This document shows positions 54,158 through 64,000 of a stretch of DNA of 64,000 nt, in pieces. The notes beneath the pieces were generated by a model. It ran no database searches and had not been told where the DNA came from. It saw only the letters and a program-made list of their open reading frames with translations. Both the position numbers and the translations under genes were made by a program. The stretch's first letter is position 1. Each line of letters opens with the position of its first letter. The stretch is from a virus, in the IMG/VR virus record IMGVR_UViG_3300042923_000524, positions 1-64,000 of that record. One strand, written 5' to 3'.

Positions 54158-54847
54158 TTATTCATTTATAATTTTTAAGCTATAATGCTTAATATTATTT
54201 TTTTTAATATATTCTTCGGTTGCATTACCATAAAGGCAGGGTGTCCAAGAATCAATCATCATTAATCTTTTATATTGGTCTATTATTTGATAATAACTTA
54301 ATTGACCTATATTTGTAGGATTTATAGAAGCATGTCTAGCACTAACCGTAGACATAATTTCAAGAAAACCTACTCCGTCTTTTTGTTTAATTTTTGATTC
54401 CATTTCTTTTTTTAATTTTCTTGCTCTTGCCATCATTTCAGCAGCAATTTTATTTGCTGGTTTATAATCATCATCTTTTTTATCAAAGTGATGTAAAACA
54501 CGCAATGACTCCATAAATAAAGAAATATTATTTTCATCAATAAAATTGTTCTCATTCAAATATAATTTTTCTTCTTTAAGTTTAATTTGTTCTGTTTCAA
54601 AAAAGTAATAAAGCATGGAAGCAAATTCTTGAAGATAGTCCTTATTTGAAAGTAATACATAGTAAAAACTTGATTTATTATCTTCATATATATCAATATA
54701 TTTATTAAAAAAATAAATATAAGTCATTAGATTTTCTTTTAAATTATTAATTTTAGGACACTTAAAAAATCCCATATTTTCATCAATGATTATGTTATAA
54801 CCTAAAAAAGCATTTGTTTTAATGTAAGTTTTAAGATTATCATCCAT
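54158..54847 (-). CDS. Head-tail/tail assembly protein
   Basis: Operon position. Confidence 0.45.
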   Translation of the reverse strand: MDDNLKTYIKTNAFLGYNIIIDENMGFFKCPKINNLKENLMTYIYFFNKYIDIYEDNKSSFYYVLLSNKDYLQEFASMLYYFFETEQIKLKEEKLYLNENNFIDENNISLFMESLRVLHHFDKKDDDYKPANKIAAEMMARARKLKKEMESKIKQKDGVGFLEIMSTVSARHASINPTNIGQLSYYQIIDQYKRLMMIDSWTPCLYGNATEEYIKKNNIKHYSLKIINE

Positions 54848-55325
54848 TTGAACTCACCTTTATAAAGTCAGAAACATGAAATACACAATAACTTCCCATG
54901 TAATTCTCATTAATTTCTAAATCACTTACAAGTTTTAACTTTGCTCTTCCTATTCCTAATTCTCTACTTTTATAAAACATAGTTTTTAACTGTTCATATA
55001 TATAATCATAACGATTTCCATAGTCAGTTCTAACTAAGGTATTACTACAAACTATATAAAAGTAAATATCTCCTTCAATATAAGTTTCGTCTTTAGGTTC
55101 AAATCCTTTAAACTGCATAGTCAATATACATTTCTCACCAGTTGCAATTTCTTTCTGACCTTTATATGGAAATATATAATTATAAACAGCATCGGTGGGG
55201 TCAATGGTTAGAGGAGGATTTAAAAAATCTGGTTGATTGATAGTTAATGCTTTTAAAAGATTTGTGTTCTCAATAAGTTTACTAATTATTATTCCTTTGT
55301 AATCTGTGAAAGTATTATTTGCCAT
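54840..55325 (-). CDS. Tail terminator/completion-like protein
   Basis: IFPY, F.I...N.L..T.YG.R.D.I..L. Confidence 0.5.
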   Translation of the reverse strand: MANNTFTDYKGIIISKLIENTNLLKALTINQPDFLNPPLTIDPTDAVYNYIFPYKGQKEIATGEKCILTMQFKGFEPKDETYIEGDIYFYIVCSNTLVRTDYGNRYDYIYEQLKTMFYKSRELGIGRAKLKLVSDLEINENYMGSYCVFHVSDFIKVSSNG

Positions 55326-55337
55326 TTACCCACCTCC

Positions 55338-56537
55338 TTAAAATACATTCTTTAATGTAATTAATTTCTCAACAACCTTACTAATATCACTATTGTCAGT
55401 AGCTTTTAAAGTAATTGTTCCACTACTCTTTAATGCTTTAACCGTACAGGAATTTCCATCAATCACAACTAACTGATAACTTGTTGTATCTCCAGCAACA
55501 CTAAAAGTAAATGATTGTGCAATAGCCACACCATTATTATATTTTTGTGCAATATAAGTCTTAGTCTGATTAATTTTTATTTCGCTGTCAGGCAAACTTA
55601 CAGATGAAAGTGAATATGAATAATTAGTTTGTGGAAGTGCTGTTACATTTACAGTTATTGTATCAAAAATAGTGTTGTCACTTGCCAACTTCACAGTAAT
55701 TACACAATCATCAATTATATCTAAGGCTGTTACTAAGCCACTAGAATCAACCGTACAAACCAAAGGATTGCTACTTGTATAAGTTAAATCAGGAGTTGGT
55801 GAGATTGGTGTTCCATTATCATCTACTTGTACATTAAGTTGAAGTGTAGAACCTTCTTGAATATCTACAGTTTCACCATTTGTTATAGTTAGTGTAAATA
55901 TATGTGCTTCTTGTTGTTCAGCACACCATTTCAATTTAATAATCAACAACCCAACTTCTTTAACCCTATCAATGTCAATAACTTCATAATTATCAAATTC
56001 AGAAAGTTTATATATATCATTTCTTTCTATGTATTTTGTTATATCATTATTGGAAACTTTTATAGTTATTTCACCACTTGGTTGAATAATGTATTTGTTT
56101 TCATCAATCCCCAAATCACTAGACCTTGCACCACTTTCAACAATGTATGGTATTTGTATAGGTGTTGGGGAGATTGTTGGTTTATAGAAGGATAATACAC
56201 TTGTACATTGAGTTATCTTAAATGTTTTATGAGTAGGTATAACATTTTTTTCAATACTTGTTATTAACCATTTTTCAATACCCCATTCAAAAACAATTCC
56301 TATATTAAAAGGGGTTTCTAAAGTGACTTGTAGTATTTTATTATCTTTATTACTATCATTAAAAGCCACGTCTTGAATTACACAATCATAATCAATATTA
56401 CCAACTTTTATAACTTCTTTATTTGGTGCGTATTTTAGAAATTCTGCAAAATTATCAATACCATCATTAATAAGTCTCTCTTTATCAGTAGAGCCATTAT
56501 ATGAAATTCTAGCATTATAAATATCTATATAAGACAT
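55338..56537 (-). CDS. Head-closure-like protein with Ig-like (Big_2) domain
   Basis: TLQL.V.V......LTYTSSNP.V.TVDSSGLVTA Ig-like motif. Confidence 0.65.
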   Translation of the reverse strand: MSYIDIYNARISYNGSTDKERLINDGIDNFAEFLKYAPNKEVIKVGNIDYDCVIQDVAFNDSNKDNKILQVTLETPFNIGIVFEWGIEKWLITSIEKNVIPTHKTFKITQCTSVLSFYKPTISPTPIQIPYIVESGARSSDLGIDENKYIIQPSGEITIKVSNNDITKYIERNDIYKLSEFDNYEVIDIDRVKEVGLLIIKLKWCAEQQEAHIFTLTITNGETVDIQEGSTLQLNVQVDDNGTPISPTPDLTYTSSNPLVCTVDSSGLVTALDIIDDCVITVKLASDNTIFDTITVNVTALPQTNYSYSLSSVSLPDSEIKINQTKTYIAQKYNNGVAIAQSFTFSVAGDTTSYQLVVIDGNSCTVKALKSSGTITLKATDNSDISKVVEKLITLKNVF

Positions 56538-56539
56538 AC

Positions 56540-56857
56540 TTATTCACCTACTTGTCTTGGAGGATACAATGCCTTTGTTAAGGTAATAGAATCAAATACA
56601 ACTTTTCTATATAATTGTCTATCATTCTCTAATTGATTTAATCCTTCTAATTTAGAAATTAATCTTATAAAAGTTGGACTCTCAAGAAAAATTTCATTTG
56701 CACCAACAAGTTCTTCAATAAAAGATTGCAAATATTTCTGCCACTCTTTATTTTCCTCATATAAAGGTAATAGTTTAAATATATTACGGATTGTCTGGTC
56801 TAAAAATTCATCCATTGTTGTTTCTTTTATTTCATTATTGTATTTTATTTTTATCAT
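56540..56857 (-). CDS. Conserved head-tail region protein
   Basis: IFKLLPL.EE...W; operon position. Confidence 0.5.
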   Translation of the reverse strand: MIKIKYNNEIKETTMDEFLDQTIRNIFKLLPLYEENKEWQKYLQSFIEELVGANEIFLESPTFIRLISKLEGLNQLENDRQLYRKVVFDSITLTKALYPPRQVGE

Positions 56858-57303
56858 TATTTGTCACCAGCCAATCCACTAAAGTTTGATTTTCTATTTT
56901 TTACAAAAGAGTATTTAGATTTTAATCTTTCACATTCATCTAAAGTATCTTGTTTTAATTTTAATAATTGATTTAAATGTTCTGCCTGAGAAGTCATTTT
57001 AAAATCTCTATCTGTAAACTTTTGTTTTATTACATTTTTGTTATTTACCTGTCTATCAATCCATTTTAATTTCATTAGATTTGCAAATATCTCAATTGTA
57101 TCCAAACTTAAATCTTGATTAAAAACTTTTGCTTCGTCATCAAAATCTCTAATATCCTCTCTTGGATATTCAAATTCAATAATTGCAGAATTTTTTAAAA
57201 CAATCATATCTGCTTCTGCATCCATAATTGTAGCTTCAGAATAAAATGGGTCTGTAATTTTACCTAAAAAACTTAAAAATAAATTATTATATGGGGTTGA
57301 CAT
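56857..57303 (-). CDS. Head-tail adaptor-like protein
   Basis: TPY..F..F..KITD...F..DL....I.I.A..M...W. Confidence 0.55.
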   Translation of the reverse strand: MSTPYNNLFLSFLGKITDPFYSEATIMDAEADMIVLKNSAIIEFEYPREDIRDFDDEAKVFNQDLSLDTIEIFANLMKLKWIDRQVNNKNVIKQKFTDRDFKMTSQAEHLNQLLKLKQDTLDECERLKSKYSFVKNRKSNFSGLAGDK

Positions 57304-57317
57304 TAATTATAACCCCC

Positions 57318-57803
57318 TTACTTCTTTTTACTTTGTTTTTCTTCTTTTTTCTCTTTAATAGCAGAATAAACATCAACACCTGTTATATCTTTAACCACTT
57401 CAATTTTATCCATGTCTTTAATTTCTTGTTCAATTGCTATAGAAGCCACCTTCTCTTTTATGGTGTCTGGAGCATTTTCAAGAGTAGATTTTATTTCTTC
57501 CACTTCTTTTTTTAACAATTCACCCACACCTACATTATCTATCAAAAATTCAGGCAAGTTTGACAAACCTAATTCTTCTCTAATAGCATTATCTTTTATT
57601 AAAAGGATACTTTCTTGAAATAAAACAGCTCCACCTCTAGTATTCATTTGGTCTTTTATTTCCTCTAATTCAATCTTTTTAACTGAATCTGGTTTATCCC
57701 ATAGTCTTTTTATACGATTATACTCTGAATAATAAGATACACTACCTGTATCATTATTAAAAACCTCTACCATTATATCTTTTTCTGTTGCTTTTTTAGC
57801 CAT
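57318..57803 (-). CDS. Capsid-adjacent conserved protein
   Basis: Directly downstream of the major capsid gene. Confidence 0.5.
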   Translation of the reverse strand: MAKKATEKDIMVEVFNNDTGSVSYYSEYNRIKRLWDKPDSVKKIELEEIKDQMNTRGGAVLFQESILLIKDNAIREELGLSNLPEFLIDNVGVGELLKKEVEEIKSTLENAPDTIKEKVASIAIEQEIKDMDKIEVVKDITGVDVYSAIKEKKEEKQSKKK

Positions 57804-57854
57804 ATTTATTACTCTCCTTTTATGCCTTTAATTTTTAATTTTAAGTTAAATTAT

Positions 57855-57895
57855 AAAGAAGAATGGCAGGAGATTACCCTGCCATTTCCTTCTTT
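57855..57895 (-). terminator. Terminator after the major capsid gene
   Basis: AATGGCAGG/CCTGCCATT stem with outer AAAGAAG/CTTCTTT. Confidence 0.65.
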
Positions 57896-57920
57896 TCATA
57901 TGTTTATAATTTTATATTGA

Positions 57921-58907
57921 TTATACTAAAGCAGTATTTCTATACACTGAGTAGTAGTTCGTATTCAATACAGTGGTACCAATCTTTTTGTATGGTTGGA
58001 AGTCAAGTGAAGCATCTGCGTTCTTTCTTTCTTCAAGAATAGTTTGACCTTCCAAAAGAACCTTAACTATTTTTTCATCAGCAGTTCCACCAGTAGGAAT
58101 TATGAAAGCATATTGTGGGTTAAATATCTTAACCGCATTAGATTCATCTTCAAATGATTGAGGAAGCACTATTACGTTTGCACCTTCAAATCTACCAATA
58201 TAACCTTGATTTCTCATATCAGCCTTATCAGCATCACCTATAAAGTTTGCAGAAGGTGTTATTGTTCCAGCGAATTCTGGAGTGCAGATAATATTAGCAT
58301 TTCCACCATAAGCCTTAACAGTTGTGATTAATCTTCTCATTTCAGCAGCGTCAAAAGCAGCAGCAGAGTGTTTGTTAGCAGCAAGCAAATTAGCAAAAGT
58401 GCCTATTAAAGCAGTTTGTACGTCTTTGTAAATTGCCATTTCTATGCCGTCAATAATTAAATCTGTAAGCTCTGCAAAGTCCATATTGCCGTCTAAGAAT
58501 TGTTCAAATTCTATATAAACCGCACCGCCATAAGCGTAAGTAGTTACGTCAATTTCTTCTTTGTCAAGTCTTACTCTTTCATAAACTCCACCAAGACCAA
58601 CCTTAGTTATAAATCTCTTTACATTGTTTCTACCCAATTTCTTCTTAAACTTTGGTTTGTTACCTTGTGTGTATGATTTAACTTCTGCAAACATACCAAT
58701 AGCATCTTGAATTTTCTTAGGCATTACTTCATCTACAACTTCACCAATTATTTCAAATATAGTAAGTTTGTTTCTTCTATATGTATTATAATCTGGTGCA
58801 AGTTCTCTAAATTTATCTCTTAAAGCACCTTCCATATCTGTTTGTGAATAATCTGTAGGCACTTCTTTTTTATATACGGCAAGAGCCAATTGTTTCAATT
58901 CATTCAT
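57921..58907 (-). CDS. Major capsid protein
   Basis: 328 aa; strong RBS; high-expression codon use; F.IIGEVVDEV.P, FAEVK, G.FEG.NV..LP; follows scaffold and decoration genes. Confidence 0.85.
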   Translation of the reverse strand: MNELKQLALAVYKKEVPTDYSQTDMEGALRDKFRELAPDYNTYRRNKLTIFEIIGEVVDEVMPKKIQDAIGMFAEVKSYTQGNKPKFKKKLGRNNVKRFITKVGLGGVYERVRLDKEEIDVTTYAYGGAVYIEFEQFLDGNMDFAELTDLIIDGIEMAIYKDVQTALIGTFANLLAANKHSAAAFDAAEMRRLITTVKAYGGNANIICTPEFAGTITPSANFIGDADKADMRNQGYIGRFEGANVIVLPQSFEDESNAVKIFNPQYAFIIPTGGTADEKIVKVLLEGQTILEERKNADASLDFQPYKKIGTTVLNTNYYSVYRNTALV

Positions 58908-58940
58908 GTTTCTATTTCCTCCTTATTTTTATATTTGTTA

Positions 58941-59483
58941 TTATCCTCTTAAACAAGCTAATTTAAGTCCGTCTCTACCATTTGGCAATTTAACTGCTTC
59001 TACAACTTTAAATTCAACTACAGCAGTTGCAGTTGTAGCAGCTTTTAATTCAATATAACCAGAAGTTGATGGTATTGCGAATACGGTTGTTGCATCTATA
59101 GCAGCCTTTACAGCAGCGAAATCAGCATAAGTAACATCATCCCAAACTATTGCATTGGTTTCTATGATGTCATTTGCATCTAAAGCACCAAGTCTAGGTA
59201 AGAATGTTCCTGTTTTTACAGCAAATTTATTTCTACCTTCACCATCATATAATTTTTCTACACTATAATGTAAAAATACCTTGTCTGTAACTGCATCTGG
59301 AAGTAATACCTTTTTACCTACATGGTCTACTCTTAAAAGCATACCATTTTCTGCTGGAATAGTTGCGAAATCTGTTCCATCTAAAGGATACTGTGTTACC
59401 AAATTACCTGTTCTTGACGCTGCAAGTCTATTGACTTCTACTACTGAATATTCACCTGCTGGTGTTAATTTAACTTGACCCAT
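58941..59483 (-). CDS. Head decoration/minor capsid protein
   Basis: Between scaffold and MCP; VVE.NR.A...G, ENGM. Confidence 0.6.
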   Translation of the reverse strand: MGQVKLTPAGEYSVVEVNRLAASRTGNLVTQYPLDGTDFATIPAENGMLLRVDHVGKKVLLPDAVTDKVFLHYSVEKLYDGEGRNKFAVKTGTFLPRLGALDANDIIETNAIVWDDVTYADFAAVKAAIDATTVFAIPSTSGYIELKAATTATAVVEFKVVEAVKLPNGRDGLKLACLRG

Positions 59484-59503
59484 TCTATATTCCTCCTAAT
59501 TTC

Positions 59504-60994
59504 TTATTTATTTTTATTTTTGTATTTATCTACTAACTCCAAATAATTTGGAGCATTAGAATCTTTTACTATACCAAAATTACTTAAAGCTAGTTTTGGT
59601 TTACCTGATTTTTCTTCTTTTTGTTCAAAAGAAAACTCAGCCTTTTTCTTGCCTAGTAAAGCAAATAGGTTGAGTTCTAATTCTTGATAATTATACTTAT
59701 CAATATTTTCTACAAATGTTTTGACTTCTTCTTCTGTGAGTTCACTGAATTTTGATAACAAAGTCATTTTATCTTCTTTTTCTCTAGTGTTTTTGAATTC
59801 TTTTAGTTGAGTATTTTCAACTCTTAATTGCTCAATTTCATCATTACTAAATACTGTTTCGGAAGAAGGTTCAGCACCTTTTACTAACCATTTCATTTCA
59901 ACTTCTACTTTTTCACCAACTAGAGAAACATTATCTCCGTCTATGGTGTAATCAAACTTGTAGAATGAACTATCTTCCCAATTTTCTGCTATGAAATATG
60001 TCTGAAACACTTCTGCAATCCAATAATTCCAATCTCTATACCCCTCCTCATTCAAAGGATTAATCAACTCATAAAGTTTACTTCTTATATCATCATGAGA
60101 TAGTTCAAACATTACTTGGAATTTAGGAATTACTTCTTCTTTTTCTTCTTTTTCAAACTCTGTAGTTGTTTCTTCAACTTCTGTTACGACTTCTTCTGAT
60201 TCAACAACCTCTTCAACCTTTTCAGTTTCAGTCACTTCAGTTATAACTTCTTCAACTACTGTATCTTTATTAATAACTTCCACTACACAATTACCTCCTT
60301 CACTGGAAAATTCTATATTCTCAACTTCTTTTTCAGAAGGTTGATTCATTGAATAATATTTATTAAATTCATCTAGGATATCTTTTAACTCATCTTTTAA
60401 TGTAGAAAAACTAAACTTTTCTATTGTACTACCCACCATTGCTGGGGTTATACCATCTCCAAGTATACAAGCACCTTCCCACATAAATTGAGTGAATTTA
60501 TAGTATCCATTTTTACTCCATTCACCTTTTATAGAAGGTGGATAAAGTTCCATAGATTGACCTTTTGTATTATCCCTATCAAAAATCTTTACTGCATTTG
60601 CAAATTTATTAAATATCAATCCTTCACAAACTAAATATTCTCTTTCTATTCCATCTACTGTTTTTAATTCAAATTTTGCATTATTGGTTTCAGGTATTAT
60701 TCCATATGCCCTACCTACATAAACAATATCTACTCCATTATCATCAATAACTAGTTTTGTTTCATGTCCTGCAAAATCTTCTTTGTTTTTATCATCAACT
60801 TGTATATATCCTACAATTGGTATGTTAGATAAACTAGGCAATGCATTTTCTACAATAGATTTCTCAAAAAATGAGTTATTAAGATTCAAACCTGTATGAA
60901 GTAAATATATTTTTACTCTAGTAAATCTTAAATCTGCAATATCATCCATTTTTTCAAAATGAATTGGCAAACTGGTATTTATTTTTATTTCCAC
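59504..60994 (-). CDS. Prohead protease/scaffold fusion
   Basis: N-terminal protease-like region (HTG.N.N.S, IPIVG, QSME, F.G.CILG...P.M), acidic low-complexity linker, C-terminal scaffold; GTG start after AGGAGGTG. Confidence 0.75.
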   Translation of the reverse strand: MEIKINTSLPIHFEKMDDIADLRFTRVKIYLLHTGLNLNNSFFEKSIVENALPSLSNIPIVGYIQVDDKNKEDFAGHETKLVIDDNGVDIVYVGRAYGIIPETNNAKFELKTVDGIEREYLVCEGLIFNKFANAVKIFDRDNTKGQSMELYPPSIKGEWSKNGYYKFTQFMWEGACILGDGITPAMVGSTIEKFSFSTLKDELKDILDEFNKYYSMNQPSEKEVENIEFSSEGGNCVVEVINKDTVVEEVITEVTETEKVEEVVESEEVVTEVEETTTEFEKEEKEEVIPKFQVMFELSHDDIRSKLYELINPLNEEGYRDWNYWIAEVFQTYFIAENWEDSSFYKFDYTIDGDNVSLVGEKVEVEMKWLVKGAEPSSETVFSNDEIEQLRVENTQLKEFKNTREKEDKMTLLSKFSELTEEEVKTFVENIDKYNYQELELNLFALLGKKKAEFSFEQKEEKSGKPKLALSNFGIVKDSNAPNYLELVDKYKNKNK

Positions 60995-61012
60995 CTGTCT
61001 CACCTCCTAAAG

Positions 61013-62497
61013 TTATTTCTTTGCCCTTGTTTTATTAGTTTGCTTATCCTTGGTTTTTTCTCCCGAAGGTGTTAAAGTACCATCACTTTCTGGTCTACCA
61101 CCATCTCCACTTTGTACGAATGAAGTTTGTAATGGAATCATTTTATCTTGCAATCCATATATGTTTTGTTCTACATTTAGTAAATTCATAAAAGTAGTTT
61201 GTTTAATTCCCATTGCACATAAAGGTAATAATTTTGAATACCCCAAAGTTGCACCAGTTTTATATATTTCAAACATTTCTTTACGATTAAAAATTGTTAT
61301 TTCTGGAAATAAGACTTCAAAATTATAATTCCTACTTGATATTAAGTAAACATTTAATTTAACTTCATACCATGTTTTAAACTGGTCAAGCAAAGTAAAC
61401 ATCATACTTTCATCAACTTTTATAGATTTATCAAGACCAATACTTCCACCCTTTGTACCACTGTCAAATAAAATACTTGAAGTACCTGTTGTTCTGTGTA
61501 CATTATTTGATGCTCTCTCAATATTATCTCTAATTGTCTGACCTTTTTCTTGAAGATTAATAGCCTCAACATCTAGTAAGGTAGTTAATACATCTACTCC
61601 TTCTTGGGTTATCATTTTCTTAGCATTGCCGTGTAATTCTTGTAATTCTTCAAGTTTAAATATAGGCATATTAGTCTTACTATCTATAGGAGCTTTTTGT
61701 ACAATAAGCTTGTATAAATCCATTTCAGATTGTGCTTTATCTAAAACCTTATATTCACTAAGAGTTACTAACTCTGTAAATACAGGGGATAGTAATGGCG
61801 TACCATTGTCAAACATCTTATGACATCTGGCAAATTCAGGATTTAATAATTGCCACTCTGGATTTTTAATGTTTTGTGAATTTTCTCTGTAAATGTTATA
61901 TAGTTGTAAAAATTCATTTGGAAACATTTCAAAAGCTTCAATTTTATCTTCTGTATTTCTAAAAGTATCAAAATATTTAAAATTGAATTCAACAGCATAA
62001 TTACCATTTAACTTATATCTTGACCTGCAAAATTCAGGTGGTAGTTGTTGTATTGCTATAACTCCCTCTAAATCTCTTTCATAACCATAAAAAACACCAT
62101 CTTTAACGGTAATAAATGATACAAATCTATTAGTTTGTTTTGAATTAGAATCATCCATATAATTTACTGCTTTTTGAAATCCTGATTCAAAATTCTTTTG
62201 GTCTAATTGTTCTTGATTTTTTATAATCGGTATTACTAAATTATCAAATGTTAAAATTGAAGAGTAATAGAAAACCAAACGTCTATATTCACCAGACACA
62301 GCAAAGAAATAATTAGATACTTCACGAAGTTTTATATCATCATTATTATCAAGAAAAGTTTGTATTTGGTCTTTTGTATATTTGTATTGTGTTTTATCAA
62401 CTTTATAGTTAATAGAATAAACACTTTCTGAAAGTTTTCTAAACTCTATATTATCTCTATCTTTAGGTTTGTTTGTAGTTCCTTTTGGTCTACCTAT
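61013..62497 (-). CDS. Portal protein (probable ATA start)
   Basis: Follows TerL; ~494 aa; C-terminal QTS..QSG..GRP; RBS AAGGAGGTG lies 6 nt before ATA GGT AGA CCA. Confidence 0.8.
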   Translation of the reverse strand: MGRPKGTTNKPKDRDNIEFRKLSESVYSINYKVDKTQYKYTKDQIQTFLDNNDDIKLREVSNYFFAVSGEYRRLVFYYSSILTFDNLVIPIIKNQEQLDQKNFESGFQKAVNYMDDSNSKQTNRFVSFITVKDGVFYGYERDLEGVIAIQQLPPEFCRSRYKLNGNYAVEFNFKYFDTFRNTEDKIEAFEMFPNEFLQLYNIYRENSQNIKNPEWQLLNPEFARCHKMFDNGTPLLSPVFTELVTLSEYKVLDKAQSEMDLYKLIVQKAPIDSKTNMPIFKLEELQELHGNAKKMITQEGVDVLTTLLDVEAINLQEKGQTIRDNIERASNNVHRTTGTSSILFDSGTKGGSIGLDKSIKVDESMMFTLLDQFKTWYEVKLNVYLISSRNYNFEVLFPEITIFNRKEMFEIYKTGATLGYSKLLPLCAMGIKQTTFMNLLNVEQNIYGLQDKMIPLQTSFVQSGDGGRPESDGTLTPSGEKTKDKQTNKTRAKK

Positions 62498-62562
62498 AGC
62501 AAACACCTCCTTTGATTTATTTGGTGTATTGGGGGTGGGTCATTGAATTTTATATTGATTAT

Positions 62563-63999
62563 TTAATTAAAGAACATATATTTTGATAGGTCAACCGACT
62601 GCTTTTTGTTAATTATATTTTGTCTTCTGAGTTGTTGTAGATACCAACCAAGCATAGCCAAACAATATGCTCTATCATCATTCATTTTATTTTCTTTATC
62701 AGGTGATAAATCATATCTATAATTACCATTAGTACCATCAAATCTATAAATATTAACCAATTCTTCTTTTGCTAAATCAATATTTTTTAAAGCTAATTCT
62801 TGGTCAAAATCTAATTTATGTTGTTCATATTTAATTTCTTTATCTTTAACTAATTCACCATCATCGTTTTCAATTTCAATTTCTTTACCAGTTTCTTTTG
62901 GTAACATTAAATAGCCTTTAACATCATATTCTGAAGTGAAAGAAATTAAATCTAAATTTATCATTTCAAGTAAAGCATCAAACATTTCTTTTTTATATTT
63001 TTGTGGTGACATAAGTTTTATTTTATCTACTGCATTTGGAAATTTATTAACATAATCAACAGATTCTATTTTGTCAATTAAACCTTTATGTTTAACTCCA
63101 TCTTTATCTTCCCATTCTTCCATAAAATAGTCTGCTATATTTACACCACCACCACCAGCACCCGCATCTATAAGTAAAGATTCTATATTTTCATAATCCG
63201 CAACTTGTTTTCCGTTATATCCAAGTAGAATCTGTTTTACCATTTCTACCTGTTCTGGTGTACGCATTGGTGTCTTTTTTTTCTTTCCTATGTCTACGAA
63301 ACTAATACCATTACATATTTCCATTTTAAAACCCACATTATCATCAAAAATAATTTCTCCAGCCATACATATTGAATTATCATAAGAACGTGCGGGGTCA
63401 TAAGCTAAAACAAACTTTTGTTTATTTGTATTATTATGTAACACAGGTAATCTCGTTGTAGAATTTTTAATTACAGTTGCTCTTTTAAAAACTTGTTTAT
63501 CTCCACCATCAATAGAAAACTTGTTATAAAATTCTCTCATAGCTTTTTCTTTATTTTTTCTCATTTCTGCATCAATTTCATCTTTATTTATAAGAGCTGA
63601 TGGATATAATTTGCCATTAAAAGTTGGATTAAGCATAATTTCACAATTTAAATCACAAACAAAATAATTTTTATCACCTAAAAACATTCTCTTTGCATAA
63701 TCTTTATATAGTGTGTAAAAATAACTATCTGTGCTAGAAGCAGAAGAAATGAATAATCTCTGATTTGGTATTTGTTGAGGAAAAGTTGATACATCAAAAT
63801 TTCCACCTAGTCTAAAAGTTGAGTTTTGTAATAAGAAAGGAATGGTTGCAACCACATAATCTTCTTCAGTCCAACCACTTTCATCATAAACATTCAGATT
63901 TGAACGTTTACCTCTATTATTGTTAATATCTCCACTCAAACTAGTTACTGCACTACCATTATATAATTTATAATTGAATCCAGATTGTGAATGTGTAAA
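62563..63999 (-). CDS. terL: Terminase large subunit (5'-partial)
   Basis: Open to the window edge; NGS...RGKR...VYDE Walker B, ISSAS, nuclease YDPAR..D, DAGAGGG, DDRAY. Confidence 0.9.
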   Translation of the reverse strand, partial: FTHSQSGFNYKLYNGSAVTSLSGDINNNRGKRSNLNVYDESGWTEEDYVVATIPFLLQNSTFRLGGNFDVSTFPQQIPNQRLFISSASSTDSYFYTLYKDYAKRMFLGDKNYFVCDLNCEIMLNPTFNGKLYPSALINKDEIDAEMRKNKEKAMREFYNKFSIDGGDKQVFKRATVIKNSTTRLPVLHNNTNKQKFVLAYDPARSYDNSICMAGEIIFDDNVGFKMEICNGISFVDIGKKKKTPMRTPEQVEMVKQILLGYNGKQVADYENIESLLIDAGAGGGGVNIADYFMEEWEDKDGVKHKGLIDKIESVDYVNKFPNAVDKIKLMSPQKYKKEMFDALLEMINLDLISFTSEYDVKGYLMLPKETGKEIEIENDDGELVKDKEIKYEQHKLDFDQELALKNIDLAKEELVNIYRFDGTNGNYRYDLSPDKENKMNDDRAYCLAMLGWYLQQLRRQNIINKKQSVDLSKYMFFN

Positions 64000-64000
64000 A

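Noticed and set aside
334-61823. Many antisense or overlapping ORFs in the track (e.g. 334-747, 22729-23337, 45060-45569)
   Set aside because: They are shadow frames of well-supported genes, lack an RBS and have biased Ser/Leu/Phe/Ile composition.
62517-62543. GC-rich GGGGGTGGG patch, 8-aa ORF or sigI-like -35 between terL and portal
   Set aside because: No matching -10 (CGAA) and no RBS for the micro-ORF.
1-64000. Alternative genetic code (stop-codon reassignment)
   Set aside because: Long core genes are intact under the standard code, and TAG/TGA end genes at expected positions.

Overview
64-kb, AT-rich, non-integrated segment of a large temperate Firmicutes (probably clostridial) siphophage with SPbeta/c-st-like gene order. 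Positions 1-31.3 kb are transcribed rightward. They hold a replisome (SSB, AAA ATPase, DnaB, primase, PD-(D/E)XK nuclease, DnaE, RecD2), a ~10.5-kb run of about 40 small accessory ORFs, nucleotide metabolism genes (class II RNR, dUTPase, ThyX, 5'-nucleotidase), RecU, a large serine recombinase and tRNA-Val(GAC). Positions 31.5-64 kb are transcribed leftward and hold the terminase, portal, head, tail and lysis genes, interrupted by morons, free-standing endonucleases and an intact Xer/Cre-like tyrosine recombinase. The most striking unexplained feature is a family of degenerate 28-bp 11-6-11 palindromes with dif/lox geometry. About 21 copies sit at the stop-codon/RBS junctions of the small accessory genes, one precedes an accessory ORF in the tail region, and the most symmetric copy lies ~440 bp upstream of the tyrosine recombinase. 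This suggests a possible phage gene-cassette (integron/pdif-like) array, or alternatively a recombinase-fold repressor regulon. All protein calls come from motif recognition by eye; no database search was run.
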